A DNA stretch of 64,000 nucleotides from Litorivicinus sp. (GCA_028339155.1 JAOLBK010000002.1:115366-179365), one strand, 5' to 3'; shown: positions 9,295-18,349, counted from the stretch's first letter. Translations and numbers: made by a program. The notes: generated by a model not told the origin, from the letters alone.

Positions 9295-10338
9295 CTACTT
9301 TCGTTTCCAAAGACTGAGTTCGGAGTGAAAGTTGTCTGCCGTGACAAAGCCAAACGTTCTCGAGTTTTGCTCTACTAAGTGGAATTCATCTCGCAGCCAG
9401 TCGATGTAGTTTTCAGCTTTTGTTGGTGTTTCCACCCCAAGTTTATTTGCAGTCGTCACTTGCTTACCTTCGCGAATATTTCTTAGTAGAAGGAATGACG
9501 GGCGGAGCCTGCTGATTTCTTCAATGTACTTTTGGACGACGGCGGGCTCCATTTCTTGAAAACTGTGGTAATTGACGAAGAGATCGACGGGCCCATTGAG
9601 ACTCGAAATATCCCAGTTGGGTCTGACATGTAACCCGGATAAATCTGCTGAGTTCATAGGCGTATTCCATCGGCTGGATAAGTCACTTGCAAACAATTCT
9701 GGCAGGACTTTCGACAAATAATACTCAGCAAAAATACAGGTCGGAGGAATATCAAAATTTATATAACGGTCAGTGCCGAGGGAGCTTTTGAACAAAATCT
9801 CACCCAAAACCCCATGACCGCCACCGACTTCAACAACTGAGTTGAGTGCGGCATCCCTTTCATGGCTAATTAAGAACAGAAGACCTAGCATATAGTTGTG
9901 CGCTGGTCTGGAAACGTTCTTCCCATTGAATGTAAATAGCTCTGACGGATTGCCAACTTTCGATTCATCAAAAGTCAAAAAAGGATCGTAGCCAAGTGCC
10001 GTGACGCATCCTTGAATAGCACGGTGATCGGCATTCGCGTGATTGTGTCCAGAGATGAATTGATCGATCGTATTCTTTTGCTTGGGACGGGCTTTGTCAG
10101 CAATTTTCTTAATTTCAGTTAGCTGCGATTTGTCGAGTCCCATTGCTGGGTACCCATATGTGGGAACAAAATAAGTCAGGCAGGCTGGATCGTCCCTAAA
10201 GTTATGAATTTCATCGCGCTCCAATACTGCTGACAGTTCATTTGCCGCGTATTCCCAAAATTTTGTTGTTTGAAACTCTTTAATTTGCTCAGACTGTTGC
10301 GCAGACAGTGCTTTAAGAAGTTGTGAATAATTTGTCAT
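9295..10338 (-). CDS. Putative sugar O-methyltransferase
   Basis: VVEVGGGHGVLG SAM motif, FDIPPT, DLFVNYHSFQEM; within the pse operon. Confidence 0.75.
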   Translation of the reverse strand: MTNYSQLLKALSAQQSEQIKEFQTTKFWEYAANELSAVLERDEIHNFRDDPACLTYFVPTYGYPAMGLDKSQLTEIKKIADKARPKQKNTIDQFISGHNHANADHRAIQGCVTALGYDPFLTFDESKVGNPSELFTFNGKNVSRPAHNYMLGLLFLISHERDAALNSVVEVGGGHGVLGEILFKSSLGTDRYINFDIPPTCIFAEYYLSKVLPELFASDLSSRWNTPMNSADLSGLHVRPNWDISSLNGPVDLFVNYHSFQEMEPAVVQKYIEEISRLRPSFLLLRNIREGKQVTTANKLGVETPTKAENYIDWLRDEFHLVEQNSRTFGFVTADNFHSELSLWKRK

Positions 10339-11492
10339 TGGGAAATCACCTCTTTAATTTTAGTGCACACTTGCTTTACCTCATTAATTGTAAGTTTGAT
10401 GTGCAATGGCAGCGTTAATCCAGTTGAAAAATAACTTTCCATGATTGGGAAATCTGTAATCTTGCCAATATTCTTATGATAGGGGTGTCTGTAAATTGGT
10501 ATGTAATGGAAGTTTGTTGCGATATTCGAAGCCCGGAGAGAATTATGCACCTCATTTCTCATGCTTTGGTTTTCGAACTGAGCAACGAGCAGGTGGTTTG
10601 ACGAGCAACAGTCTGTATCAATGCGCTGAAGTTTGACGGCATATGGTTGGAGCTCATTCTTATAAATTTCTCGCAGACGGACTCTTTCTTCCACGCGAGT
10701 TTTGAGTTTGCCAAGTTGGGATGTTCCTAAAGCGGCATTGATGTCACTTAATCGATAGTTCCAACCAAGGTCAGTTTGTTCGTAACTCAATTCTTCTGGA
10801 AGTCCGTGTTGAGCGTTTAAATTTTCTCGTGAAACACCGTGGGATCTGAGTCTGGAAATAAGGGCATGAAGGTTTTGTGATTTGCAGGTTATAACCCCGC
10901 CTTCGCCCGACGTTAGTGGTTTGACTGGGTGAAAGCTAAACACCGCGGCATCTGAGAACTCACATTGCCCAATCGTCTCGTGCTGTGATCTCGATCCTAA
11001 GGCATGGGAGGCGTCTTCAAGTACCTTGAATCCGTACTTATCACTAAGCCTCGACAACTTCTCCATATTGACAGGATTACCCCCAAAATGGACTGGGATA
11101 ACAATCTTGGGGAGCTGTCCGTCACGATCTGCCTCCTGAAGCGCTCGTTCAAGACAGTCTAAGTTGATGTTTAGTGTTTCTGAATCGATATCAATTAAGC
11201 GCACTGATGCTCCGCAGTACAGGGCCGCATTTACAGTTGCCACAAATGTATTTGGTGTTGTCCATACAGAATCGCCCTCGAGCAATCCTAAACCGACAAG
11301 TGCCAGATGAAGTCCGGCAGTGGCACTGCTGACAGCACACGCGAAAGGCGAATTTGTCGCATTAGCAACAGCTCGCTCGAACGCAGCAGTCGCAGGGCCT
11401 TGTGTTAGAAATTCTGAATTAAGAACGGCAACGACTGCATCAATGTCGTCCTGATCAATTGACTGACAGCTATAAGAACTTAGGTGGCTCAT
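10335..11492 (-). CDS. pseC: UDP-4-amino-4,6-dideoxy-sugar transaminase PseC
   Basis: QSIDQDDIDAV..VL.S.FLTQGP, EDASHALG, FSFHPVKPLTSGEGG, NYRLSDI. Confidence 0.9.
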   Translation of the reverse strand: MSHLSSYSCQSIDQDDIDAVVAVLNSEFLTQGPATAAFERAVANATNSPFACAVSSATAGLHLALVGLGLLEGDSVWTTPNTFVATVNAALYCGASVRLIDIDSETLNINLDCLERALQEADRDGQLPKIVIPVHFGGNPVNMEKLSRLSDKYGFKVLEDASHALGSRSQHETIGQCEFSDAAVFSFHPVKPLTSGEGGVITCKSQNLHALISRLRSHGVSRENLNAQHGLPEELSYEQTDLGWNYRLSDINAALGTSQLGKLKTRVEERVRLREIYKNELQPYAVKLQRIDTDCCSSNHLLVAQFENQSMRNEVHNSLRASNIATNFHYIPIYRHPYHKNIGKITDFPIMESYFSTGLTLPLHIKLTINEVKQVCTKIKEVISQ

Positions 11493-12493
11493 TCGCCAGA
11501 CAACGCTATATCTTCTATTAATTGTTTTAAATCCGTCACGGATAGGAAGTCTGGATTACTATCGGACTGGTAGGCGTGTCCCGACTTTATTCTCATTCCT
11601 TCATTTCGCGCTGCATATTCTTCAATTCTCTCCTCATAAGTTGAGGGCAATATGGCAAAATATTTGCCGAGATCAACAGTATGGTGGCTATCACTCTCGG
11701 TGATCATTTCTTCGTGTAGTTTTTCACCAGGACGGATTCCGACGACAGGTTTTTGGCAGTCTGAACAAATTGCCTCAGCGACATCCATGATTTTATAGCT
11801 TGGAATTTTCGGCACAAAAATTTCACCGCCTTCCATGTTTTCAAGACTCCACAAGACCATCGAAACCCCATCATCTAGAGAGATATTGAAACGGGTCATC
11901 TTTGGATCTGTAATCGGTAAAACGCCTGTTGTCTTCATTTTCAGAAAAAATGGAATAACCGAGCCTCTCGAACCCATAACATTTCCATATCGGACAACCG
12001 AAAATTTTAAATTGCGCTCACCAACGATTGAGTTGGCGGCTGTAAATAATTTGTCCGAACAAAGTTTCGTTGCGCCGTATAAATTGATTGGTGCCGCCGC
12101 TTTATCTGTTGATAGGGCGACTACCCGACTTACCTTTGTGTCTAGACATGCTTCTATCAAATTTTGAGCACCGATTACGTTCGTCTTAATGCACTCAAAT
12201 GGATTGTACTCAGCGGCTGGAACTTGTTTTAGAGCCGCTGCATGAATGACAACATCAATATTTTCTAAGGCGCGACGCAAGCGGTCACTGTCTCTAATAT
12301 CGCCAATGAAGAATCTAATTTTGGGGTTGTTTGAAAACGATTTCTTGCAGGACATTTCATACTGCTTAAGCTCATCTCTTGAAAAGATAACGAGTCGTTT
12401 CAGTCCGGGATAATCGAGTAAGATGCGTTCTGCAAATTTCTGCCCGAATGATCCAGTGCCGCCTGTAATTAGAACTGATTTGTTGTTCAACAA
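11489..12493 (-). CDS. pseB: UDP-GlcNAc 4,6-dehydratase (inverting) PseB
   Basis: ITGGTGSFG, SRDELKQ, HAAALKQVPAAEYNPFE, YGATKL; TTG start at 12493 fits the RBS and the sigma-54 promoter. Confidence 0.95.
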   Translation of the reverse strand: MLNNKSVLITGGTGSFGQKFAERILLDYPGLKRLVIFSRDELKQYEMSCKKSFSNNPKIRFFIGDIRDSDRLRRALENIDVVIHAAALKQVPAAEYNPFECIKTNVIGAQNLIEACLDTKVSRVVALSTDKAAAPINLYGATKLCSDKLFTAANSIVGERNLKFSVVRYGNVMGSRGSVIPFFLKMKTTGVLPITDPKMTRFNISLDDGVSMVLWSLENMEGGEIFVPKIPSYKIMDVAEAICSDCQKPVVGIRPGEKLHEEMITESDSHHTVDLGKYFAILPSTYEERIEEYAARNEGMRIKSGHAYQSDSNPDFLSVTDLKQLIEDIALSGE

Positions 12494-12529
12494 GGTCAAT
12501 ACCCTAAATAATTTGTTCCCCAACATTTA

Positions 12530-12546
12530 AGCACTTTTTGTGCCAG
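12530..12546 (-). promoter_or_regulatory. sigma-54 promoter of pse operon
   Basis: CTGGCACAAAAAGTGCT on minus strand: GG-N10-GC spacing. Confidence 0.75.
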
Positions 12547-12609
12547 TGGTGATAGGGCTGCCGCTGCAAGGGTTTTGCTGGGCATTAGCCCTGAAAGAGG
12601 ACTCACTAC

Positions 12610-12623
12610 GTCAGTATATTGAC
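12610..12623. promoter_or_regulatory. FleQ/FlrA-like enhancer box
   Basis: GTCA-GTATAT-TGAC (GTCA-N6-TGAC) about 65 bp upstream of the sigma-54 promoter. Confidence 0.55.
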
Positions 12624-12642
12624 AATTACATGTCGTGGTTTT

Positions 12643-12747
12643 TTAAAAAATAATAAATTTTTGAGCCTTAGTTAAGAGAGTAGCTGCAACCATCGTTCCG
12701 ATGAGGGCGATCCCCACACTAATAAATTGGCGGGGATTTCGAATCAA
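12643..12747 (-). pseudogene. Truncated 34-codon copy of the 134-aa accessory gene (15339-15743)
   Basis: MIRNPRQFISVGIALIGTMVAAT vs MIRSPRKFITAGIAFIGTMVAAT, then diverges and stops; same overlap with the protease stop codon. Confidence 0.75.
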
Positions 12748-13486
12748 GTTGCTAATAATCGGTTGACGTATTCAGCATTTATAGCTGAGTGAGCTGACTG
12801 CGATTGATTGGCATTTGCTTGTAGTGATGCAATTAATTCACGGGTATTGTTGCTACTTCTTGACGCTGCAAGCGAGTTTGATTGAGCGTTTGCAACATTT
12901 TGTTGGATAGAGGACAGCGAAGTTCTCATTTGGCTAACCGAGTCACTGGCAGAGCTAATAGCTGAACTGGCCGTGTTTCCGAATAACGCCAACATACCCG
13001 CCATTGATCCCATTCCATGGGGCCCGGAAAGGTTTCCGGCTGCAGCTCGCAAGTAAGAGCCACCACTGGATACTTTATCGGATCCGGCGGCGACAACTTC
13101 TGTAAACGTAGCACTTCCGGTTGCTGTATTACTGTCAGTTTTAATCATGCCGGAGCCCGTCGTCAGGACTTCCGTAAAGGTTGCACTTCCGGTGGCTGTA
13201 TTTACAACTCCGCCACCAGAGTTGCCTGTCGCCATGCCTGAGCTGACGCTATAGGTTACATCGGAGAACTTTAAGAATTCGGCATTGGTAATGGTGTCTG
13301 TGCCATCCCGGCCAGAGGTCCCGTCTGCGACCGTGATGGTTCCAGTACCGGAAATGGTGTAGTCAGCTTTTATTCCTGAAAAGACGATCGTGTCGTCGCC
13401 GTCCCCACCATTAATGGTGTCATCACCAGCACCACCCGTGATCTGATTATTTGCCGTATTTCCGGTAATCGTATCGTCGCCAGCAC
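12738..13486. repeat. Direct repeat copy 1 (749 bp), nearly identical to 15734-16482
   Basis: Offset 2996; only two mismatches seen by eye (13199/16195, 13452/16448). Confidence 0.92.
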
Positions 13487-15194
13487 TACCAATAACATTT
13501 TCAATGATGGCACTAAATGCGATGCCAAAGTTGTCCTCAGCGGTAAATAGATCATAGCTACTTATGGAGGACTGCACAGCAGATAGTGTAAATCCTTGTG
13601 TTGCCCAGTAGGCTTCTTGTTCTGCTTCTGTCGCGTATCCGATATCCGAGAGTGATCCCGGCGTCAGATCGACAATGCTCTTGTGAAGTACCCCTGAAAT
13701 GTCCAATGTATCGGTTCCGCCTGAATCGACGATGGATTGTATTTGTTGATGATTTGTAATGGTGTAGGTCGTATCGCCAAGGTTCGCATCTGTGATGGAG
13801 CCGTACAAATACTCAACCGCTGCGATGTCATAGATCATGGGCGTATTTGCGAACGTCTGCTTACTTGCAAGCGATCCGTTGTTATTGTAATAAATTTTGT
13901 TATTGACACTATTATTATAAGACATCACCGTTGTTCGCTGATCATCGACTAGACCATTTCCTATCAGTGTTTCATCGCTCTGGCTCCCTTCGTGTGGGTG
14001 ACTTAAGCCGATACTGTGACCAATCTCGTGAAAGGCTCGTCTCCGCCCCATCGTATTTTCGGCGAAGGTCAAATTATCCGTAAAGCCACCATCAACGCTT
14101 TGAACACCATTCACGACGTACCATGTGTCGCCGCCGGTCACCCCTGAATTCGGATAATACGCAAAGGCCGCGGCACCAGATTTTTGGGCTGGATTCGTGA
14201 TGTAAGCCACCCTAAGGTCACCAACAACATTTCCTGAACTGGTTTCTGTGACCTCTTCGAAATCAAAAGGCGCGAAGTTTGAATATGTGCTGTAAACGGC
14301 CCGCATTTCTGCTTGTTGGGTGGCGTTTAATGGTGCCGCGTCATCAGAGTAGCTGGCCGATTCCAGTCCTGGGTACCCGGACGCGTAATCAACGACACTG
14401 TCCCCAAGGTAAAAGGAATAACTTAGTTTTTCATTGGCGCTCAGATTCCAAACAGGTCCCTTCACGAGTGGATCAATGTAGTCAGTTCCCGAGTTTCCTT
14501 TGGTGGTTTTACTCGTTCCGCTGGAGTCTCGTGTGGTGGGCGTCTCGTCGCTTTGGATCGTACTTGGCTCGACTACAGTAATTGCGTCATTCTCAGAGGC
14601 TGCTGCAAGTCCTTTGCAAATTGGACATCCATCGGGTGCATGGAATCCGTTAAAAAAATCAACTTCCGAGATTTCGATCGTTGCCAGTGATACCAACTCC
14701 GCATCCGCGCCATCTAGATCCAAGCCATCGACAAAACTTGCCGAATTGTTGATTGATGTAATGTTGCCGTTTTCAACGCGCACAGTGGCTGATTTTTGAA
14801 TTACTGAAGACCCGATATAGCTTGAGATATCAGATTCAATTTGTGTGATTGAGGTTGCGATTAATCTACGGTCGGACGAATTTCCTTCGAAATTTTCAAG
14901 TGTGTCGACTGCAAATTTCAGGTCGTCTAGTCGTTCGACTAAACCGAGTAGACTTGCCTCTTCAACTTGGGCCAGTGTGATCGACTTTGATCCATTACTG
15001 AGCGTGTCACTCAAGGCTAGCCATGACCCCTGCTCGGGTTCTATTGATTTTGATTCAAAGAATGAACTTGCGATTTTTTGAATGGTGGTGCTTGAGGGTA
15101 TCGCACTTGAGGCAGCCGGCAGATTTCTGCCCTCTGTTCGATCGAGCAAATTAATAGCTCGGCCGATCTGGTCAGCGCTGTGTATCGACATCAC
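12744..15194 (-). CDS. Flagellin-like N/C termini fused to serralysin-type (M10) metalloprotease with RTX repeats, paralog A
   Basis: HEIGHSIGLSH (13998-14030), TVMSY Met-turn, TPMIYDIAA, IENVIG, GGAGDDTIN repeats; termini align by eye to FliC D0/D1 helices. Confidence 0.8.
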   Translation of the reverse strand: MMSIHSADQIGRAINLLDRTEGRNLPAASSAIPSSTTIQKIASSFFESKSIEPEQGSWLALSDTLSNGSKSITLAQVEEASLLGLVERLDDLKFAVDTLENFEGNSSDRRLIATSITQIESDISSYIGSSVIQKSATVRVENGNITSINNSASFVDGLDLDGADAELVSLATIEISEVDFFNGFHAPDGCPICKGLAAASENDAITVVEPSTIQSDETPTTRDSSGTSKTTKGNSGTDYIDPLVKGPVWNLSANEKLSYSFYLGDSVVDYASGYPGLESASYSDDAAPLNATQQAEMRAVYSTYSNFAPFDFEEVTETSSGNVVGDLRVAYITNPAQKSGAAAFAYYPNSGVTGGDTWYVVNGVQSVDGGFTDNLTFAENTMGRRRAFHEIGHSIGLSHPHEGSQSDETLIGNGLVDDQRTTVMSYNNSVNNKIYYNNNGSLASKQTFANTPMIYDIAAVEYLYGSITDANLGDTTYTITNHQQIQSIVDSGGTDTLDISGVLHKSIVDLTPGSLSDIGYATEAEQEAYWATQGFTLSAVQSSISSYDLFTAEDNFGIAFSAIIENVIGSAGDDTITGNTANNQITGGAGDDTINGGDGDDTIVFSGIKADYTISGTGTITVADGTSGRDGTDTITNAEFLKFSDVTYSVSSGMATGNSGGGVVNTATGSATFTEVLTTGSGMIKTDSNTATGSATFTEVVAAGSDKVSSGGSYLRAAAGNLSGPHGMGSMAGMLALFGNTASSAISSASDSVSQMRTSLSSIQQNVANAQSNSLAASRSSNNTRELIASLQANANQSQSAHSAINAEYVNRLLAT

Positions 15195-15261
15195 TCAATT
15201 CCTTGCGAAGAGTACCGGCCAAAGAAACTGCCGGAACCGGCAATCATTTGCCTCACGAGTA

Positions 15262-15288
15262 TAATCGGCGAATTCAATAGTTACTTTA
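15262..15288 (-). promoter_or_regulatory. sigma-28 promoter of paralog A
   Basis: TAAA-N15-GCCGATTA on minus strand. Confidence 0.85.
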
Positions 15289-15338
15289 GTGATTTTTCTA
15301 TTTTAATTTTCGGCCCAAACCCGGCCGATTTCTGAAAA

Positions 15339-15743
15339 TTATATTCTGAGAAAAGAGAGTGTTCCGTCAATGTATTGACAGCTTTTATCAACTGATTTTC
15401 GGTAGGTTAGCTGGAGCTGGAGCTGGTGGGGGCTGGAATAGGCGCTCACGAGGGCACTTGGAATCAGTTTCGGAAGAAGCGATATTGTTTGTGAATCGAC
15501 TGTGCTGGCAGCGAAGAATTGAATGGTCTTGCCTTCACCGATTAATGTGAACTCGTCAATGGTCCATCGATCTTCGCGTGTTCTCTTATATTTGTGCGTG
15601 CTACTCGATGCTAATTGCTCATCAAAGTGTGGGATACAAACATACGTCATGTCTTCGACGGTCTTGGCCCAGGTGGTAGCTGCAACCATCGTTCCAATGA
15701 AAGCGATCCCCGCGGTAATGAATTTGCGGGGACTTCGAATCAA
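15339..15743 (-). CDS. Small exported protein (134 aa) coupled to paralog B
   Basis: Basic/hydrophobic signal peptide ending ATTWA; two Cys; start overlaps the protease stop. Confidence 0.65.
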   Translation of the reverse strand: MIRSPRKFITAGIAFIGTMVAATTWAKTVEDMTYVCIPHFDEQLASSSTHKYKRTREDRWTIDEFTLIGEGKTIQFFAASTVDSQTISLLPKLIPSALVSAYSSPHQLQLQLTYRKSVDKSCQYIDGTLSFLRI

Positions 15744-16482
15744 GTTGCTAATAATCGGTTGACGTATTCAGCATTTATAGCTGAGTGAGCTGACTGCGAT
15801 TGATTGGCATTTGCTTGTAGTGATGCAATTAATTCACGGGTATTGTTGCTACTTCTTGACGCTGCAAGCGAGTTTGATTGAGCGTTTGCAACATTTTGTT
15901 GGATAGAGGACAGCGAAGTTCTCATTTGGCTAACCGAGTCACTGGCAGAGCTAATAGCTGAACTGGCCGTGTTTCCGAATAACGCCAACATACCCGCCAT
16001 TGATCCCATTCCATGGGGCCCGGAAAGGTTTCCGGCTGCAGCTCGCAAGTAAGAGCCACCACTGGATACTTTATCGGATCCGGCGGCGACAACTTCTGTA
16101 AACGTAGCACTTCCGGTTGCTGTATTACTGTCAGTTTTAATCATGCCGGAGCCCGTCGTCAGGACTTCCGTAAAGGTTGCACTTCCGGTGGCTGAATTTA
16201 CAACTCCGCCACCAGAGTTGCCTGTCGCCATGCCTGAGCTGACGCTATAGGTTACATCGGAGAACTTTAAGAATTCGGCATTGGTAATGGTGTCTGTGCC
16301 ATCCCGGCCAGAGGTCCCGTCTGCGACCGTGATGGTTCCAGTACCGGAAATGGTGTAGTCAGCTTTTATTCCTGAAAAGACGATCGTGTCGTCGCCGTCC
16401 CCACCATTAATGGTGTCATCACCAGCACCACCCGTGATCTGATTATTGGCCGTATTTCCGGTAATCGTATCGTCGCCAGCAC
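15734..16482. repeat. Direct repeat copy 2 (749 bp)
   Basis: Nearly identical to 12738-13486. Confidence 0.92.
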
Positions 16483-18211
16483 CACCCAGTGCATTTTCAA
16501 TGATGGCATTAATTGCGATGCCAAAATTTTCTTGGCCAAGGTAAAGGCCGCCATTCGTGTCAACCGTGCTGTCGTCGGTTCCGAAAATGGAACTGCCATC
16601 AAAGGAATCCTCATTTAATTCGACAAAACTTTGTATATAACTGGCGGTCTTATTTGTATTGGCGCCCCAGTATGTGTACATCTCGTCAACTGTTCGGAGA
16701 CCGATCGAAGACAATGAACCTGGAGTTAGATCGATGATGCTTCTAGTCGACTGGTCTGAGCCATCGATTGTGTCCGTCCCTGACGCGTCCGTAATTGATT
16801 TGAGGAAGACCTCTCCATCTGAGAAGGAATACGTGGTGTCGCCGGTGTTGGCATCTGTCGCCTCACCATACAAAAACTGTGCAGCAGCGATGTCATAAAT
16901 CATCGGTGTTTGGGCGGCAAGTCTGACCGATCCCCCTGTGCTATCAAAAATAATATTTCGGTCATACACCTGACTCTGTCCGTAGGACATGATTGAGTAC
17001 CGCATTGTATCGTCGGTTGCATTGGCAATATTATTGGTGCCGTCTTGGGGGTGACCCAGTCCGATAGCATGGCCAAATTCATGAGAAATCGTTTTATATC
17101 CGATTCCACCCTGAGTTAGCAGTGCGTTGAGCGTGCGAACAGTGGGATCACCGATCCATACGTCTCCTGCTCGCGAATTTGCGGCTGGTCCATATGCATA
17201 CGCTTGAATTCCACTTGCGCCGCCTCCGCCCATGTGCGTGACGACATCGTCAGTGTTTGCGAATCGGACCTCGCCGACGATATCAGTTACAAAATTTTCT
17301 GTGACTTCTTCGAGGGTAAATCCAGCAATAGCATCCCATTGAGCGATAATTTGACGTACTGCAGTTTGCTGAGTTGAATTAAGAGCCTGAGCGTCTTGAT
17401 AAATAGTGTCGGCGGTCGCAGCGGCATACGAGGTTGAGTTCCAGTGAGAGTCCGTTCCGTCGCCTGTGTATATAGACCAAGAAAGCGTTTCACCACCGGC
17501 AGTATCCAGGTCCCACTTGCTGCCCAACATGAGTGCGTTTACACCGCGTGTTCCATCGCCTTGCCCCTCTCCGAGGACGGTTGCACCTGTTACTGTGCCT
17601 GTGACAGTAGTTGACGCGTATGATGGAGTAACGCCTTCGCTCTGAGCTGCCGTACAGATTGGGCAAGAATCAGGTGAATGATAGCTATTGAAGACATCGC
17701 TCATGTCAACTTCAAATACAGCGACTTCGTCACGACCTAAAATTTGGTTGTTGTCGAGTTGAAGAACTGAAAAATAGTCTCCAACAGTATTGGTGTTTCC
17801 TGAGCCATCAGATTGACTAGATTCTTGATCGACAAAGTAGAGATCGGGAATCAAGTCTACATTTGATTCAACAAAGTCTTGGATTGCGTTTGCTATATTG
17901 AGCGCTGGAATGGAGTCCGCCCTTTGTGAGCTCAGTGTCGATTCGAGTTCAGAAAGCATTCCGCTAAGCTGTGCCAGAGCATTATCGGCTATTTGAGCGA
18001 ATGCCACTGTTTTAGCGCCGGTTTCATAAGTATCTTGAAGCATCACCCAGTTCGTATCAGCCCCAGCATACTTCGTAAAGAAAGATGTGCCGATTTCTTG
18101 CTTGGCCTCTTTTTCAGGCATGCCAATACTTGCGCTAGTACTTGCAGTATTAGAGCGTGCCGAGCTGGCAGCATTCAGAGCGCTGTTTAATGAATTAATG
18201 ATCGCCGACAT
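15740..18211 (-). CDS. Flagellin-like N/C termini fused to serralysin-type (M10) metalloprotease with RTX repeats, paralog B
   Basis: HEFGHAIGLGH (17051-17083), YSIMSY, QTPMIYDIAAAQFLYG, IENALGGAGDD; flagellin-like FAQIADNALAQLSGML and C-terminal ...AHSAINAEYVNRLLAT. Confidence 0.8.
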   Translation of the reverse strand: MSAIINSLNSALNAASSARSNTASTSASIGMPEKEAKQEIGTSFFTKYAGADTNWVMLQDTYETGAKTVAFAQIADNALAQLSGMLSELESTLSSQRADSIPALNIANAIQDFVESNVDLIPDLYFVDQESSQSDGSGNTNTVGDYFSVLQLDNNQILGRDEVAVFEVDMSDVFNSYHSPDSCPICTAAQSEGVTPSYASTTVTGTVTGATVLGEGQGDGTRGVNALMLGSKWDLDTAGGETLSWSIYTGDGTDSHWNSTSYAAATADTIYQDAQALNSTQQTAVRQIIAQWDAIAGFTLEEVTENFVTDIVGEVRFANTDDVVTHMGGGGASGIQAYAYGPAANSRAGDVWIGDPTVRTLNALLTQGGIGYKTISHEFGHAIGLGHPQDGTNNIANATDDTMRYSIMSYGQSQVYDRNIIFDSTGGSVRLAAQTPMIYDIAAAQFLYGEATDANTGDTTYSFSDGEVFLKSITDASGTDTIDGSDQSTRSIIDLTPGSLSSIGLRTVDEMYTYWGANTNKTASYIQSFVELNEDSFDGSSIFGTDDSTVDTNGGLYLGQENFGIAINAIIENALGGAGDDTITGNTANNQITGGAGDDTINGGDGDDTIVFSGIKADYTISGTGTITVADGTSGRDGTDTITNAEFLKFSDVTYSVSSGMATGNSGGGVVNSATGSATFTEVLTTGSGMIKTDSNTATGSATFTEVVAAGSDKVSSGGSYLRAAAGNLSGPHGMGSMAGMLALFGNTASSAISSASDSVSQMRTSLSSIQQNVANAQSNSLAASRSSNNTRELIASLQANANQSQSAHSAINAEYVNRLLAT

Positions 18212-18322
18212 TATAAATATCCCTTAAATGACTTTACTAAGCACTTAATCGCTCGTTAGCGGCTGCTTGTTCATCACGTCTAAATTACAACTGAACTGAC
18301 TTATTTCTAATCACGGCAATTA

Positions 18323-18349
18323 ATATCGGCAGGTTATTGCCTATCTTGA
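18323..18349 (-). promoter_or_regulatory. sigma-28 promoter of paralog B
   Basis: TCAA-N15-GCCGATAT on minus strand. Confidence 0.8.

Noticed and set aside
12494-12526. ORF-track ATG start of pseB
   Set aside because: Lies at or upstream of the predicted sigma-54 TSS; TTG 12493 has an RBS
12744-18211. Plain T1SS-secreted serralysin annotation for the two proteases
   Set aside because: Does not explain the flagellin-like termini, sigma-28 promoters or absence of linked T1SS genes; retained only as the null hypothesis
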